Shown piece by piece: positions 38,344 to 48,100 of a DNA stretch of 64,000 nt. Below the pieces are notes generated by a model. It saw nothing but the letters and a program-made list of their open reading frames with translations. It searched no databases and had not been told where the DNA came from. The position numbers were made by a program, and so were the translations under genes. Positions within the stretch are counted from its first letter, which is position 1. Every line of letters begins with the position of its first letter. Source of the DNA: a virus (Duplodnaviria; Heunggongvirae; Uroviricota; Caudoviricetes); IMG/VR virus record IMGVR_UViG_3300040801_001888; one strand, 5' to 3'.

Positions 38344-38825
38344 TACGCGGCTCCAGCAGCAGCGGCGAGGGCGTTCAGCTCATTCAGGAAGTTGCCGTAC
38401 TGAACCGGGTCGATATTCGCCGCACCACCTTTCCCGGCGGTGTAGCGCAGCATCAGCGTCTTGATCGGTGGCGCGCCATCAGGACCAGGCGTTTTCAGGT
38501 AGGCGCCAGCCGGCCCTGCGAGCACGTTGACCACCGTCGCGTTGAACTGGTCGAAGCTGAGCTGCCCAGCGGGCTGTTGCGCGGGCGGCGCGGTCTGCTG
38601 GGCAGGTTGCTCAGCGGGCGGCGGCGGGGGCGGCGGAGCAGCGGGCTCGGCAGCGGCAGCGGGCGGGGCAACAGGCTGTTCAGCCACCGGCGCGGGCGTC
38701 TCGGTCTGCGCTGGCGCGGACGTCAGCATGGTGCGCAGCGCCACGTAAGCCTCCGCCTCGGCGACCTTGGCGGCGGTCACGCGCTGGACGAAATCGGTAA
38801 TCTGTTCAGGAGTGAGATTGATCAT
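38343..38825 (-). CDS. hypothetical Pro/Ala-rich protein
   Basis: 160 aa with PPPPPPP/AAA low-complexity centre; ATGA overlap. Confidence 0.35.
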   Translation of the reverse strand: MINLTPEQITDFVQRVTAAKVAEAEAYVALRTMLTSAPAQTETPAPVAEQPVAPPAAAAEPAAPPPPPPPAEQPAQQTAPPAQQPAGQLSFDQFNATVVNVLAGPAGAYLKTPGPDGAPPIKTLMLRYTAGKGGAANIDPVQYGNFLNELNALAAAAGAA

Positions 38826-38879
38826 AGGAACCCCGTCGGGTGGTTGGTTTGAAAGTGGGGCGTCGCCGCCCCGGTTGGT

Positions 38880-40457
38880 CTACAGCACGATGGTCAGGTG
38901 CTTCTTCGCCCGCGTCATGGCGACGTAGGTCAGTGCCTGTCCCATGATGCCTCTGGTCGCGAGCAGGCTTTTCGGCGCGCAATAGGCGTAGTCGCAGGTC
39001 TGCCCCTGCGAGCGATGCACGGTGCTCGCGTAGGTGTAGGCCACGCGGACATAGTCGTTTTGCAGACGGCGCCAGTAGCCCCAATCGCCGTGCTCCTTGC
39101 CGTAGGCACGGGCAGCGGCGAGTGCTTTGCCGAACTCGGCGGCGCCTAGCTTGGACTGATCGAGCGAGGACTCAGTGGCACCGAAGATCAGACGCACCGG
39201 CATCTCGCCCTCTCTCAGGGTCGCCTGGTAGTGCGGGATCTGGAACGTCTCGCCGCCGATGTAGATCTGGTGCGTGGAGCGCTGGACGTCAGCGGCGTGA
39301 AAGCTCTGCCCTGAGTAGTATCGAATCCCGCCCATCTCGCGGGACAGGCCCGAAGGGTAGTCGGTGGTGGCGAGGATCATCAGCTGCTCGTCCTCGATGA
39401 CGACCGACTCAGCTGCCTGCTCGGCGCCGAACAGCTTCTCGCGGATCGAGTTGTTCGCCTGGACCACGCCGGCGCGCGTGAACAGCATCATGCGGTGCAG
39501 AGCACCAGGGTCAGCCTTGAACCGCATGACGAAGTCATCGATCAGGGCGTCGACGCTGGTTACCGCGCGGACCTCCGGGCTTTCCTTGACGTCGGCAGCG
39601 GACCAGCCCCAGGCGCTGTTCGGGTTGTTACGCACGGCTTGTTCATAGCTGAACAGGTGACTGTCGCGGGAGTACCGCATCGGTTCGGTCAGGGTCGCCG
39701 CCCGGTCGATGTTGCAGCAGCGGCTAATGGTCGCCTGCTTGACTGGGGGCAGCTGGTGATCGTCACCGACCAGGATCAGACGCCCGCCGCGACGCTCAGC
39801 GGTCGAGATCAGACGGTCAGCCATGGCGTCGTCGATCATACTTGCTTCGTCGACGATGAGCGCCTGCCCCTCGGTCAGCAGTTCGTTCAGCTGGTCCTGG
39901 CTATCACCGGTGAAGACGTAGGCCTCCTGGTCGTCGTTCCAGACCTTCTCCAGCTTCACGGTCCGGGCGACGGTCCCGGTCTCGACGCCGAACGGATCGA
40001 GTTGCGCCGCCAGCACCTGGCTCGCGACGTAAGAGACCGCCATGGCTCGGGTGGTGTAGCCCAGCTTCGCCAGCTCGGTAACGAGACCAGCGGTCACGTA
40101 GGACTTCCCATAGCCGGCGCCGCCGTAGAGGGCTGCCACGCGGTTGTCGTCATCGAAGTGGGAAAGCACCTCGCCAACCGCGCCCTGCTGGTGCGGGGTC
40201 AGGGTAAGAGCACGGGACGCCTCAACAGCCTTCCCAGACTTCACGTCCTGGATGACGTCGCGGATCGCGTCAGCGTTATCGGCGACCCACGGGTGCTCAG
40301 CGTTGGACAGCATCCAGGAGAGGTAGTCCGGTGCGATCTCCGCAAGCTCGCGAACGTCGGTTCCGCGATGCTTACCGAATGGCACAACAAGGCGCTCATC
40401 AGCGTTATCGAGGGAGTCAATAATGTCGAAAACGCCGGAAAAGTCGAAAGAAGGCAT
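38880..40457 (-). CDS. RecD/Pif1-like superfamily 1 DNA helicase
   Basis: Walker A ALYGGAGYGKSYV, motif II LIVDEASMI, motif III ILVGDDHQLPPV. Confidence 0.8.
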   Translation of the reverse strand: MPSFDFSGVFDIIDSLDNADERLVVPFGKHRGTDVRELAEIAPDYLSWMLSNAEHPWVADNADAIRDVIQDVKSGKAVEASRALTLTPHQQGAVGEVLSHFDDDNRVAALYGGAGYGKSYVTAGLVTELAKLGYTTRAMAVSYVASQVLAAQLDPFGVETGTVARTVKLEKVWNDDQEAYVFTGDSQDQLNELLTEGQALIVDEASMIDDAMADRLISTAERRGGRLILVGDDHQLPPVKQATISRCCNIDRAATLTEPMRYSRDSHLFSYEQAVRNNPNSAWGWSAADVKESPEVRAVTSVDALIDDFVMRFKADPGALHRMMLFTRAGVVQANNSIREKLFGAEQAAESVVIEDEQLMILATTDYPSGLSREMGGIRYYSGQSFHAADVQRSTHQIYIGGETFQIPHYQATLREGEMPVRLIFGATESSLDQSKLGAAEFGKALAAARAYGKEHGDWGYWRRLQNDYVRVAYTYASTVHRSQGQTCDYAYCAPKSLLATRGIMGQALTYVAMTRAKKHLTIVL

Positions 40458-40546
40458 TGGCGGACCTCTCAGGGTTTAATCGTTAATCTCGATTCGCAGG
40501 TATTTAAGCATCCCTGCGAATAAGGTGTCAAGCGATTTTTTGTCGC

Positions 40547-40990
40547 TTAAAGCTTGCTCAGTGCCCTGGCGCGACACTTCGGACCCATGCCGACGGCAAT
40601 CGATTCCGGCACTGTGAGCAGCCGCCCGCAAGAGGAACACTCGCCTGAGGTATAAAACGACAACTTTTCAGGCAGTTGCTCGCGTGTCTGTAACACGCCC
40701 AGGAGCCACTCGATCACCGCGTCTCTGCCGCCACCACGCGCGCACCGGTAGGCGAACTTGTGCTCGTGGGGCTGCCCGGGGACGATGCTGCCAACGTACT
40801 CGTAGTCGGTTCCGTTCTCGGGTCCGACCAGGCGGTTGACCCAGTAGATTGCTTCGCCATTGCGGCCCTCGCGCTCGATCACGCGGTAGGTCCGACGGTC
40901 GCCCGTGGCGTGCGAGACCAGGGTGAAGGTCGCCTTCTTGCCGAGCATGTAGGCAAGCCCGTCCCGGCAGTTGGTGAGTTCGGCGGTCAT
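40547..40990 (-). CDS. hypothetical protein with a C-terminal zinc-ribbon-like CxxC...C pair
   Basis: 147 aa; ...GECSSCGRLL...GPKCRA; its own consensus promoter lies upstream. Confidence 0.35.
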   Translation of the reverse strand: MTAELTNCRDGLAYMLGKKATFTLVSHATGDRRTYRVIEREGRNGEAIYWVNRLVGPENGTDYEYVGSIVPGQPHEHKFAYRCARGGGRDAVIEWLLGVLQTREQLPEKLSFYTSGECSSCGRLLTVPESIAVGMGPKCRARALSKL

Positions 40991-41019
40991 CGTGATGTCC
41001 TCTTAGGTTGCGTCGCTGC

Positions 41020-41047
41020 GATGAAGGTCATTATACGCGCCTTAGAT
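41020..41047 (-). promoter_or_regulatory. sigma70-consensus promoter (TTGCGT-N16-TATAAT)
   Basis: Minus-strand read TTGCGTGTCAATCTAAGGCGCGTATAAT, then the leader gcaacctaagaggacatcacgATG. Confidence 0.55.
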
Positions 41048-41198
41048 TGACACGCAAGCTTAAATTTAGTCGAGAGTGGCGAGGTCGTGTCTCTCGTAGT
41101 GCGTGACCATACCGCCGACGCAACCGCAACGACTGCCGAGATAACATCGGCCCTGGTTTTGCGCGCTGGGCCGGTTAGAGCCGGCCCAGGCTCCTCTA

Positions 41199-42065
41199 CT
41201 ACGGGTTGGTGATGTGGCCCATATTCATGGGCGTAGACAGGGTCTGAAACGGCATGTAGACCACGTCGGTCTCGTCCGGTCTGATGTTGTTCATCGTGCT
41301 TTCGGCTACCTGCAATCGCCGATGTTCCAGCAGCAATGGTGTCAGCGATTCTGCGATGATCTTGTTGCCGTCGGCAATGGCGTTAGCCTCGGCGATCTTG
41401 GCTTTATATTCAGCCGCCGCGACTTTTTCCCGTGCTTCTGCTTTGGTCACGTCAATCTCAGCTTGCGCCAATGCCTCCGCTACCTGCATCTGCCGCGCGG
41501 ACGCCTTGTCGATGGCGTCCTTCACCACCTGGGGGTAGTCCATTTTTCCGACAGAGACCGATTCCAGAACGATCGGCAAGTTTTCGGTGCGAGCCTTGAT
41601 CTCTTCGGTCACAGACGCGGCGAGGGCTTGGTAATTCGCCGGCACCTCCATCGCGTTGAACTTCGAGACGGCGGCGCGCGTGCCTTCGCGTATCTCCGGC
41701 AGCATGTAAATGCTGTAGATTTGGTCGTAACTCAGCACGTCGTTGTCGGGCAAGCTGATCGTATTGAACATGGCATTGAGCACGTCCTCACTGCCTTCGA
41801 TTCGCCCACGGGTGCGGACGTCCACGGTGAGGTCTTGACCGTCGCTGAGCTTTGCCGGGATGTCTTCCGTCACGGTGTTCGTACTGGTCTCCAGGAAGAC
41901 CAGCTTGCCGCGCCATCCAGGCCAATGCCGCCCGACCCCGAGGATCTCCTCGGTGTACCCACCAGGCGTCAGGACTTTCGCCTGGAATCCAGGCTGAACG
42001 ACTTCGCCGCACCCTTGCAAGGTAAATGCTGCCGCGCAGCACAACAGGACCGCTTTAATTCTCAT
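41199..42065 (-). CDS. SPFH/band-7 (prohibitin/stomatin-like) lipoprotein
   Basis: Lipobox AAAFTLQGC; SPFH-like core then a C-terminal coiled coil (AEALAQAEIDVTKAEAREKVAAAEYKAKIAEANAI). Confidence 0.65.
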   Translation of the reverse strand: MRIKAVLLCCAAAFTLQGCGEVVQPGFQAKVLTPGGYTEEILGVGRHWPGWRGKLVFLETSTNTVTEDIPAKLSDGQDLTVDVRTRGRIEGSEDVLNAMFNTISLPDNDVLSYDQIYSIYMLPEIREGTRAAVSKFNAMEVPANYQALAASVTEEIKARTENLPIVLESVSVGKMDYPQVVKDAIDKASARQMQVAEALAQAEIDVTKAEAREKVAAAEYKAKIAEANAIADGNKIIAESLTPLLLEHRRLQVAESTMNNIRPDETDVVYMPFQTLSTPMNMGHITNP

Positions 42066-42378
42066 TGATGATTCTCCAGTTTTCTTCAGTTTTGGCTTCC
42101 AGCGCCTTCATCCGGTCTTTACCGGCGGGCACATGGACGCGTTCTACGGGGGGTTCTTCTGTGAGAGGCTGCCGCCACGATGCTGCCGGGTCTGGCCTAA
42201 TTTCGGCGTACCGTAACGGTGTGAATATTAGTTGCAGAACATACAACACGATTATGAGTAGTGAAAGGTCATACCTCTTATGGTTGATGGAAAGATACAG
42301 TAATGCGATAGCTATTACTGTGATCATGACGCTGACGTATAGGTGAACGCCAGCCAGGGTGAACGGTGTATCAAGCAT
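42055..42378 (-). CDS. small integral membrane protein (possible partner of the SPFH protein)
   Basis: 107 aa with two TM helices (VHLYVSVMITVIAIALLYL / LSLLIIVLYVLQLIF); 11-nt overlap with the SPFH gene. Confidence 0.45.
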   Translation of the reverse strand: MLDTPFTLAGVHLYVSVMITVIAIALLYLSINHKRYDLSLLIIVLYVLQLIFTPLRYAEIRPDPAASWRQPLTEEPPVERVHVPAGKDRMKALEAKTEENWRIINEN

Positions 42379-42384
42379 GCTGCT

Positions 42385-42699
42385 CTACTGCCAATCCAGA
42401 CCGGGGAGATATTCCGCCGAGGTGCGCGACGCGCAGACCAAGCATCGCGAGTTATCTTGCGCTGCTTTACTCGCCAGAGCACGCAACGCGCAAGCGGGGC
42501 AGGATGCACACGCGTTGGAAACAACAGCTAAAAGGTAACGCTCCAAGAGGACGCCGGCCGATTGCTCAACAGGCAGTTCGGAAATAGCGGCGACTTGCGC
42601 CAGCGCGGTGACTTGCGCCAGCGCGGTGACGGTGACCTCCGCCATGCCGTCGATTGTGCGAAGAAGCTCTTCAGAGATATGGTCTTCTCTCTTGTTCAT
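42385..42699 (-). CDS. hypothetical Cys-rich protein
   Basis: Probable start at the MNKRED methionine; contains CASCPAC...CLVCASR. Confidence 0.3.
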   Translation of the reverse strand: MNKREDHISEELLRTIDGMAEVTVTALAQVTALAQVAAISELPVEQSAGVLLERYLLAVVSNACASCPACALRALASKAAQDNSRCLVCASRTSAEYLPGLDWQ

Positions 42700-42754
42700 G
42701 ATGGTGTCTTCTAGTAGTGGACGTGCGGGGCGTCCATTCCCCCTGAAACGGCGC

Positions 42755-43066
42755 CTAGGAAAGGAGGTTGGTTCTCGGCGGCATGCTGGTGGGTCCACCG
42801 GTGTCCCTTTCCTCCTCGAACCGGGGCTCGGGCTCTACCTCGATCAGGTTCGGCTCATCAAAGTGCTCCGTAGACATTGGCGTGCCGTCGTCCTTCAGCT
42901 TCTGCGGTTTGACGCCGTATGTGTTGCAGTTCGTCAGCCACTGCGACCGGCAGACGATGACGCCTTCGAACCCGGTTATCTGGTCTCGCACGACATGCCC
43001 CAGCTTGAACTTAAAGTCTCGGCCCGGCTCAGCATCCGTTGATTTGTTGAATAGTTTGTTCATCAT
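42755..43066 (-). CDS. hypothetical protein
   Basis: 103-aa ORF. Confidence 0.35.
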   Translation of the reverse strand: MMNKLFNKSTDAEPGRDFKFKLGHVVRDQITGFEGVIVCRSQWLTNCNTYGVKPQKLKDDGTPMSTEHFDEPNLIEVEPEPRFEEERDTGGPTSMPPRTNLLS

Positions 43067-43122
43067 TGAAATAGCCTCTCGGGGTTGAATGCGTGCGCGT
43101 TGCCGCGCACGGGTTGGGCTGA

Positions 43123-43509
43123 TTACTGCTCCAGCTCGGCGATCCGCGCTTCCAGTTGCTCAGCGGTCATGCCGCGCATCTCCTCGGCTTTCTTGTCGCG
43201 CAGGATCTCGCGCAGCTCAGCGGCTTTGCTGCGGCGCAGCTCGGCTTGCGTGCGTGCGTCCTGCTCAGCCAGGCGCACCTCGATGATGTGCTTGACGATC
43301 TCCAGCTTCTCGGCAGCCTCCGCCGCCTTTGGGTTCGGCTTGCGCCGCAGGAAGCTTGACTCGTTCAGGGTCTCAACCTCGTTGCGCAGGCGGATACCGG
43401 TCGAGTCCAGGGTCTCCAGCTGCAGTTGCCAGAGATCCTCGAGGGTGACCGAGCCCACGCCCGGGGCCATGAAGCGGTATTGCCGGCGGATTGCGTTTTC
43501 GTAGTTCAT
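43123..43509 (-). CDS. hypothetical coiled-coil protein
   Basis: 128 aa, highly charged helical composition. Confidence 0.35.
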   Translation of the reverse strand: MNYENAIRRQYRFMAPGVGSVTLEDLWQLQLETLDSTGIRLRNEVETLNESSFLRRKPNPKAAEAAEKLEIVKHIIEVRLAEQDARTQAELRRSKAAELREILRDKKAEEMRGMTAEQLEARIAELEQ

Positions 43510-43545
43510 CGTTCTCGTCTCTCGTGGTTGTGGTTAGGTAGCGGG

Positions 43546-45609
43546 CTAGACCGCTTGTTTCGGGTCGACAATGACGGTCAGCGGTCGACCATCGGTCCGC
43601 AGGTGGATCGTCGCATCACGCGTCTCGGCGAAGCCCAGTCCGCTAAGCTGCTCCGCAGTGGGCTGGATCGCCATCCGCCCGGCGAGCACCTCGAATACCT
43701 TGCGATGCTCTCGGAGGTCCGGGCGCAGGAACTCGTTATAGAATCCCGGCACGGTCTCGTCGGTCCGGCACTTGTCGATCAGCAGCATCCAGTGCTTGTT
43801 GCCACTGGCTTTCCCGCGCCAGTAGTTCGGGCTCAACGTGATGATGTTGACCTCGTGGTAGGCGTCGAGGGCGAGACCCCACTGTTCCGCTACCGCCGGA
43901 CCACTGGTCTCGGAGACGCCTCGCTCAACCCGGAAGTCCGTGACCTCACCGCCTTTGATGGTCATCACGGCTACTTTGGCGGTCGCTCCTGACGTCCTTG
44001 GCGACTCGACCATCGACAGGTGGCGCGTCTGCCCATCGATCTCGATCTCGATCTCGAAGCCGGAGTCGATGCGCTCGCGACGCGTGAAGTTGACGACCGC
44101 GATGCGGTAGTCGCCATCGGGCATGACCTTCTGCCAAGTGACGTTCTCGACAGCATTCCTGACGGGCTTGGCTACGTTCATGTCGACGTCTAACTCGCCT
44201 TTGCTCAACTCCCCCCGCTTGTCGTGGTAGAAGATGTGCTCTTGCCTCCCGGAATTATTCGCCGGAAAGTAGAGAACGTGCAGGTCCAGGTCGTCGGTGT
44301 TGTGCCACGACAAGCTGACCCGTCCCCAGCCGGTGACGTTACCTCCGGCACGCTTCACGCGCTCCTTGATCGAGTCCGTGACGCCGCCCCGGTAGGACCA
44401 CGCGATGGGCGAGCCCCATGCCAGCAGCGACGGCGCCTCCGGGTTCTGGGCGGTGGTCAACGTGACCAGGTTGCTGACCAACGGCGGTTGGAACAGCACC
44501 TCCAGCTTCCGGCACTCGCGCTCCTGGAGCACCTGCGGCAGGTGCTGGATCGGCACGATCTCTCCGTGCGTGGCAGTCGGGCGGCGCCGACGCGGAGCAG
44601 CGATATCGCCGGCGAGAATGTCATCGATCGTCTGGCGCATCTTAGGCGCGGTCGAGCGATTGACGAACAGCACGTCGGCGACGCTCAGGTCCGCCTCAGT
44701 CGCTAGGCGGCGCGGCAGGCTATCCAGCAGGCCAAGCTCGGTGATCGTGTCTTGCGCCTTGCTGACCATCATTGCGCTGATCGCTGCCGACGAGCGCTGA
44801 TAGTTGCCCGGTGCGACGATCCGCTCATAGACCCGGACGGCGTCGTCGAGGTTCACGGCTTCCGAGATGCTCACGAGCAGCGTGCCGATCGAGCTGTTGC
44901 GCAGTAGCAGACGGTGGTCGAACACGCGGCTCCAGACGTAGCGCTCACGCTGCCAAGAGCCCGACGGCAACGCCTCGTAGGCGATGCTAGCGTCGAGTAG
45001 CGCCTGCACAGAGTCTCTGTTCTGTGCGCCACGGTACAGTCCGTTGTCGATCAGCTCGAGCAGCGTGCGGATGTGCGTGCTGTTGATCTCCGCCAGCGTC
45101 CGCGCGATGACTCCAGCATTGGTCTCGATCGGCCCCTGCTTGTTGCGCGGGATAGGCGCGAACCGTGCGCGCGGGATCTCACAATGGAAGTGATGCCATG
45201 CGATCTCGCCGCCGTCGGCTGCCTCGTACGTGACCTCCGCGCCGGCCTTGCGCTCCTTCGAGAAGAACACCGTGCGGATCGCCGCCTGGGAGACGAGATC
45301 ATGCAGCGCCTTCGCGACGGTACGGTAGGGCTCGGGCAGACGATCGTAGCCGGACCAGATGGTCTCCAGGGTCAAGGCAGGCGTGATCGCAACAACGTTG
45401 CCCATCTGCTTGATGAAGCCCCTGCAGCAGGAGCAATCGTGCTCGGTACGCTCGCGGAACAGCGGGTCAGTACCGGGCGGGAACGCACCGAGGTAGGTGG
45501 TCCAAAGATCGTCACCGGACACGTCAGCGACGTAGGGCGTACCGCTCATAATGCGGTCGGCGGATCGGCGGACGTTATCGGCGAACAGCGTGAATTGATC
45601 GGTAGACAT
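43546..45609 (-). CDS. large early protein of unknown function
   Basis: 687 aa with HDCSCCRGF near the N-terminus; no P-loop or other recognisable catalytic signature; strong coding-like composition. Confidence 0.5.
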   Translation of the reverse strand: MSTDQFTLFADNVRRSADRIMSGTPYVADVSGDDLWTTYLGAFPPGTDPLFRERTEHDCSCCRGFIKQMGNVVAITPALTLETIWSGYDRLPEPYRTVAKALHDLVSQAAIRTVFFSKERKAGAEVTYEAADGGEIAWHHFHCEIPRARFAPIPRNKQGPIETNAGVIARTLAEINSTHIRTLLELIDNGLYRGAQNRDSVQALLDASIAYEALPSGSWQRERYVWSRVFDHRLLLRNSSIGTLLVSISEAVNLDDAVRVYERIVAPGNYQRSSAAISAMMVSKAQDTITELGLLDSLPRRLATEADLSVADVLFVNRSTAPKMRQTIDDILAGDIAAPRRRRPTATHGEIVPIQHLPQVLQERECRKLEVLFQPPLVSNLVTLTTAQNPEAPSLLAWGSPIAWSYRGGVTDSIKERVKRAGGNVTGWGRVSLSWHNTDDLDLHVLYFPANNSGRQEHIFYHDKRGELSKGELDVDMNVAKPVRNAVENVTWQKVMPDGDYRIAVVNFTRRERIDSGFEIEIEIDGQTRHLSMVESPRTSGATAKVAVMTIKGGEVTDFRVERGVSETSGPAVAEQWGLALDAYHEVNIITLSPNYWRGKASGNKHWMLLIDKCRTDETVPGFYNEFLRPDLREHRKVFEVLAGRMAIQPTAEQLSGLGFAETRDATIHLRTDGRPLTVIVDPKQAV

Positions 45610-45645
45610 GGGAGTCCTCTCAGGTCTGGCGGAATTGATGGGTGA

Positions 45646-45885
45646 CTACTTCAGCACCGTAGCGCTGCGCAGCTCGATGCTGAAGTTCGGGTTCGGGGCG
45701 ATCTTGACCGCTCGGGTGACGATGTCGCCGATCGCTTCGGCGACCTGCTCCGGGGTAGGACGGTCCGGTAGCTCAATCGACCCGGCGCCCACTCGGGTGA
45801 CGCCGACATCGACGGTGAAATCCAGGCGCCCGTCCTTTTGGGCGATAGTGATGTCGGTTTCGATGAAGCCGTGAAGGTTTGTCAT
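45646..45885 (-). CDS. hypothetical protein
   Basis: 79 aa. Confidence 0.35.
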   Translation of the reverse strand: MTNLHGFIETDITIAQKDGRLDFTVDVGVTRVGAGSIELPDRPTPEQVAEAIGDIVTRAVKIAPNPNFSIELRSATVLK

Positions 45886-46000
45886 TGTGGTGGTCTCGTG
45901 TGGTGGTTTTGAAAGTAGGGCGCAGCGCTAAAGGCAGTGATCACGGCTTTTCTGGTACTGCCGGGCTGATGGAGCCGAGCCCGCGCTGCGCTTTATCGTT

Positions 46001-46321
46001 TTACGCCTTCTTGGTGTGAGCCTTGACGGTCACCCGGTCAGAGACCGAAACGGTCGTGCAGGCGTCGATAAGATCCTGCGGCGCTTTGAGGTACTCGGCG
46101 ACCGTCTTCCAATTGGTTCGCGACGTCTCGACATCGTAGCTGATCGCCACCCGGAAGCGCTTGCCTTCGGCGACCTTGACGCGCTTCTCCTTGAGCATTC
46201 CTTCCAGTTCCTTCATTCGGTCTCCGATGGCTTTCGCCTTAGCGCGCAGTTCGCCGAGGCTGTCGGCGATGTCGCCGTCGGTGGTGACATCAAAAACGAC
46301 GGGGGATTGGAGCTTTAACAT
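46001..46321 (-). CDS. hypothetical protein
   Basis: 106 aa, first gene after the consensus promoter at 46,385-46,412. Confidence 0.35.
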   Translation of the reverse strand: MLKLQSPVVFDVTTDGDIADSLGELRAKAKAIGDRMKELEGMLKEKRVKVAEGKRFRVAISYDVETSRTNWKTVAEYLKAPQDLIDACTTVSVSDRVTVKAHTKKA

Positions 46322-46384
46322 GGTCTTTCCTCTCAGGTTGCGGTTGTGGTTGATGGTCCGGGTTGCTCCCTGACCATGGAAAGT

Positions 46385-46412
46385 ATTATACAGTAGCTAA
46401 CGTGTCAGTCAA
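46385..46412 (-). promoter_or_regulatory. sigma70-consensus promoter (TTGACT-N16-TATAAT) + conserved 60-nt leader
   Basis: Minus-strand TTGACTGACACGTTAGCTACTGTATAAT; leader ...ggtcagggagcaacccggaccatcaaccacaaccgcaacctgagaggaaagaccATG. Confidence 0.6.
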
Positions 46413-46520
46413 GCGTTTATTTCGATTTATTTTGCTTTCCTGTTGCGCCGCTTTTCGGCGGCGTTTCCGTTTAGTGTGGTCGGTACCCAATACCAACCGC
46501 GTTCAGGATCTCGGCGTCGA

Positions 46521-47222
46521 TCAGCGGCGGCTAATCGGAGAGGCCGCTGGCGTTGACCTGCGCTGCCCAATCATGGACTTACGTTTGTTTGAACGCTCGC
46601 GCGCTAAGCCAGGGTTGCCTTTCCAGGAGGATTCGTAGCTCTCCGGCAAACGGGCTTTTTTGACCTTTATGGCGTAAATCAGCTTCGGAACCACTGTCTT
46701 GCGCGTGTGCTTAGCTTTTAGCCCGCCGCTCCCTTTCTCCTGGGCGTGTTGTTTCGTGTTCCCCTTGGTGACCCCGAGAAAGGTCCAGTTGTCCGCGAGG
46801 TAGAGCGTACCTAGTCGATCGGATTGCCCGTCGCGGCGTTCCTCAATAATGAAGGTCTCGAACCCGGCGACCTTCACGCCGTAAAGGTACTCCCAGTCCC
46901 ACGCGATCCGCTTGCGCCAAGCGGACAAGATGCGCGTGGCTCTGTTTGGCGCGGGCACCTCGAGCCTGAAAACGTTGTTACTGATGATCCCGTTCAGCTG
47001 CACTTGCTTGACCGCTTTGCTTTTGCTGAGACCGAAAAAACGATCGCGCGGACCGACGTCGTACGTTGCGCTGGCGCCGCTGATGATGCCGACCAGCTCG
47101 CCGCTGTCAAACGCCAGGTAATGCAGTTGCTGACCGTGGCATCCGCTGTTAGGGATGTAGTGTCGGTCTCGGATCGACTTATAGCGCGGGTCGGTGCGCT
47201 TAACACATTCAAGTTCAATCAT
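46521..47222 (-). CDS. R-M-operon-associated protein of unknown function (basic C-terminal tail)
   Basis: 233 aa; 4-nt overlap with the REase-like gene; C-terminal ~80 aa are Lys/Arg-rich; no DPPY/NPPY motif. Confidence 0.45.
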   Translation of the reverse strand: MIELECVKRTDPRYKSIRDRHYIPNSGCHGQQLHYLAFDSGELVGIISGASATYDVGPRDRFFGLSKSKAVKQVQLNGIISNNVFRLEVPAPNRATRILSAWRKRIAWDWEYLYGVKVAGFETFIIEERRDGQSDRLGTLYLADNWTFLGVTKGNTKQHAQEKGSGGLKAKHTRKTVVPKLIYAIKVKKARLPESYESSWKGNPGLARERSNKRKSMIGQRRSTPAASPISRR

Positions 47223-48100
47223 TGTTGCTCTCGATAGAACCCTGTCGGTACGCTCCTAACTGTCAGCGACCCACCAAACGCGCCGGGTTTTATATTGCTT
47301 TTCATGTGGCTACGCCACTGCAACGTAAACCCAGAGGAGGTCAAAGAGATAATGTGCAACGGCTTCTGAACGCTGCCGCGCGTCTCTATAACTACGTCCT
47401 GTTGCGGCAGGGGGATTTTGCGGCAGTTGAGGGAGCCGTGAAAGTTGTACCCGTCTATCATAGCGCCGTCGCTTCCCCCTATGAGTAGGTAGTGGTCGGT
47501 ATGCCCTAACGCGGCACGGAATATCTGAATGAGGTCTTGGCGCCTCCTCAGTTCTTTCTCTATGATAGTGACCGCTACGATCTCCGCTATCGTGCGTTGG
47601 GGCGGGACGTTTTTGGAGTAGCGCCCCTTTTGGTCTTCCAAGAACCAGAGAATCGACTGTATGTCGTTTCGATATTGGGGGCTGGTTTCCAACTCGCCAG
47701 GGAACGGGAGATAATCAATGTTCTCTTGACGTATTCGGTGCCCCGCCACTTCGCGGCTGTTGTGCTTGACCGAGCACGGTACTTCGCGTCCCCCGCTGCC
47801 GTAGCAAGTGATGTCGGCGAAATTGTGGTTTTGCCCTGTCAGCTTCACAGTGTGAATATCAGGCTCTTTATTCAATAGCTTTTCAGCAAGCCATTTCGCC
47901 TGTTCACGCATCCGTCTACGGCGAGCAAACGCCGCCTTGACGCCCTTGTCGTCTTTTGCCAACCCTGGCATTGATCTCACGGCGTAAAGAACCGACGATA
48001 GCCTAGCATCGCGGATTAGCTTGACCCCGGGTTGCTTGCTAATTGCAAACGCTACTGCGTACTCCATTGCCAGTCCGTTCGATACTCTTATCTGGTTCAT
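47219..48100 (-). CDS. candidate type II restriction endonuclease
   Basis: ~293 aa from MNQIRV; its ATG overlaps the TGA of the Dam-like MTase (ATGA); lower GC than neighbours; size and position consistent with a DpnII/MboI-like partner of a GATC methylase, but no motif proves nuclease identity. Confidence 0.5.
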   Translation of the reverse strand: MNQIRVSNGLAMEYAVAFAISKQPGVKLIRDARLSSVLYAVRSMPGLAKDDKGVKAAFARRRRMREQAKWLAEKLLNKEPDIHTVKLTGQNHNFADITCYGSGGREVPCSVKHNSREVAGHRIRQENIDYLPFPGELETSPQYRNDIQSILWFLEDQKGRYSKNVPPQRTIAEIVAVTIIEKELRRRQDLIQIFRAALGHTDHYLLIGGSDGAMIDGYNFHGSLNCRKIPLPQQDVVIETRGSVQKPLHIISLTSSGFTLQWRSHMKSNIKPGAFGGSLTVRSVPTGFYREQQ

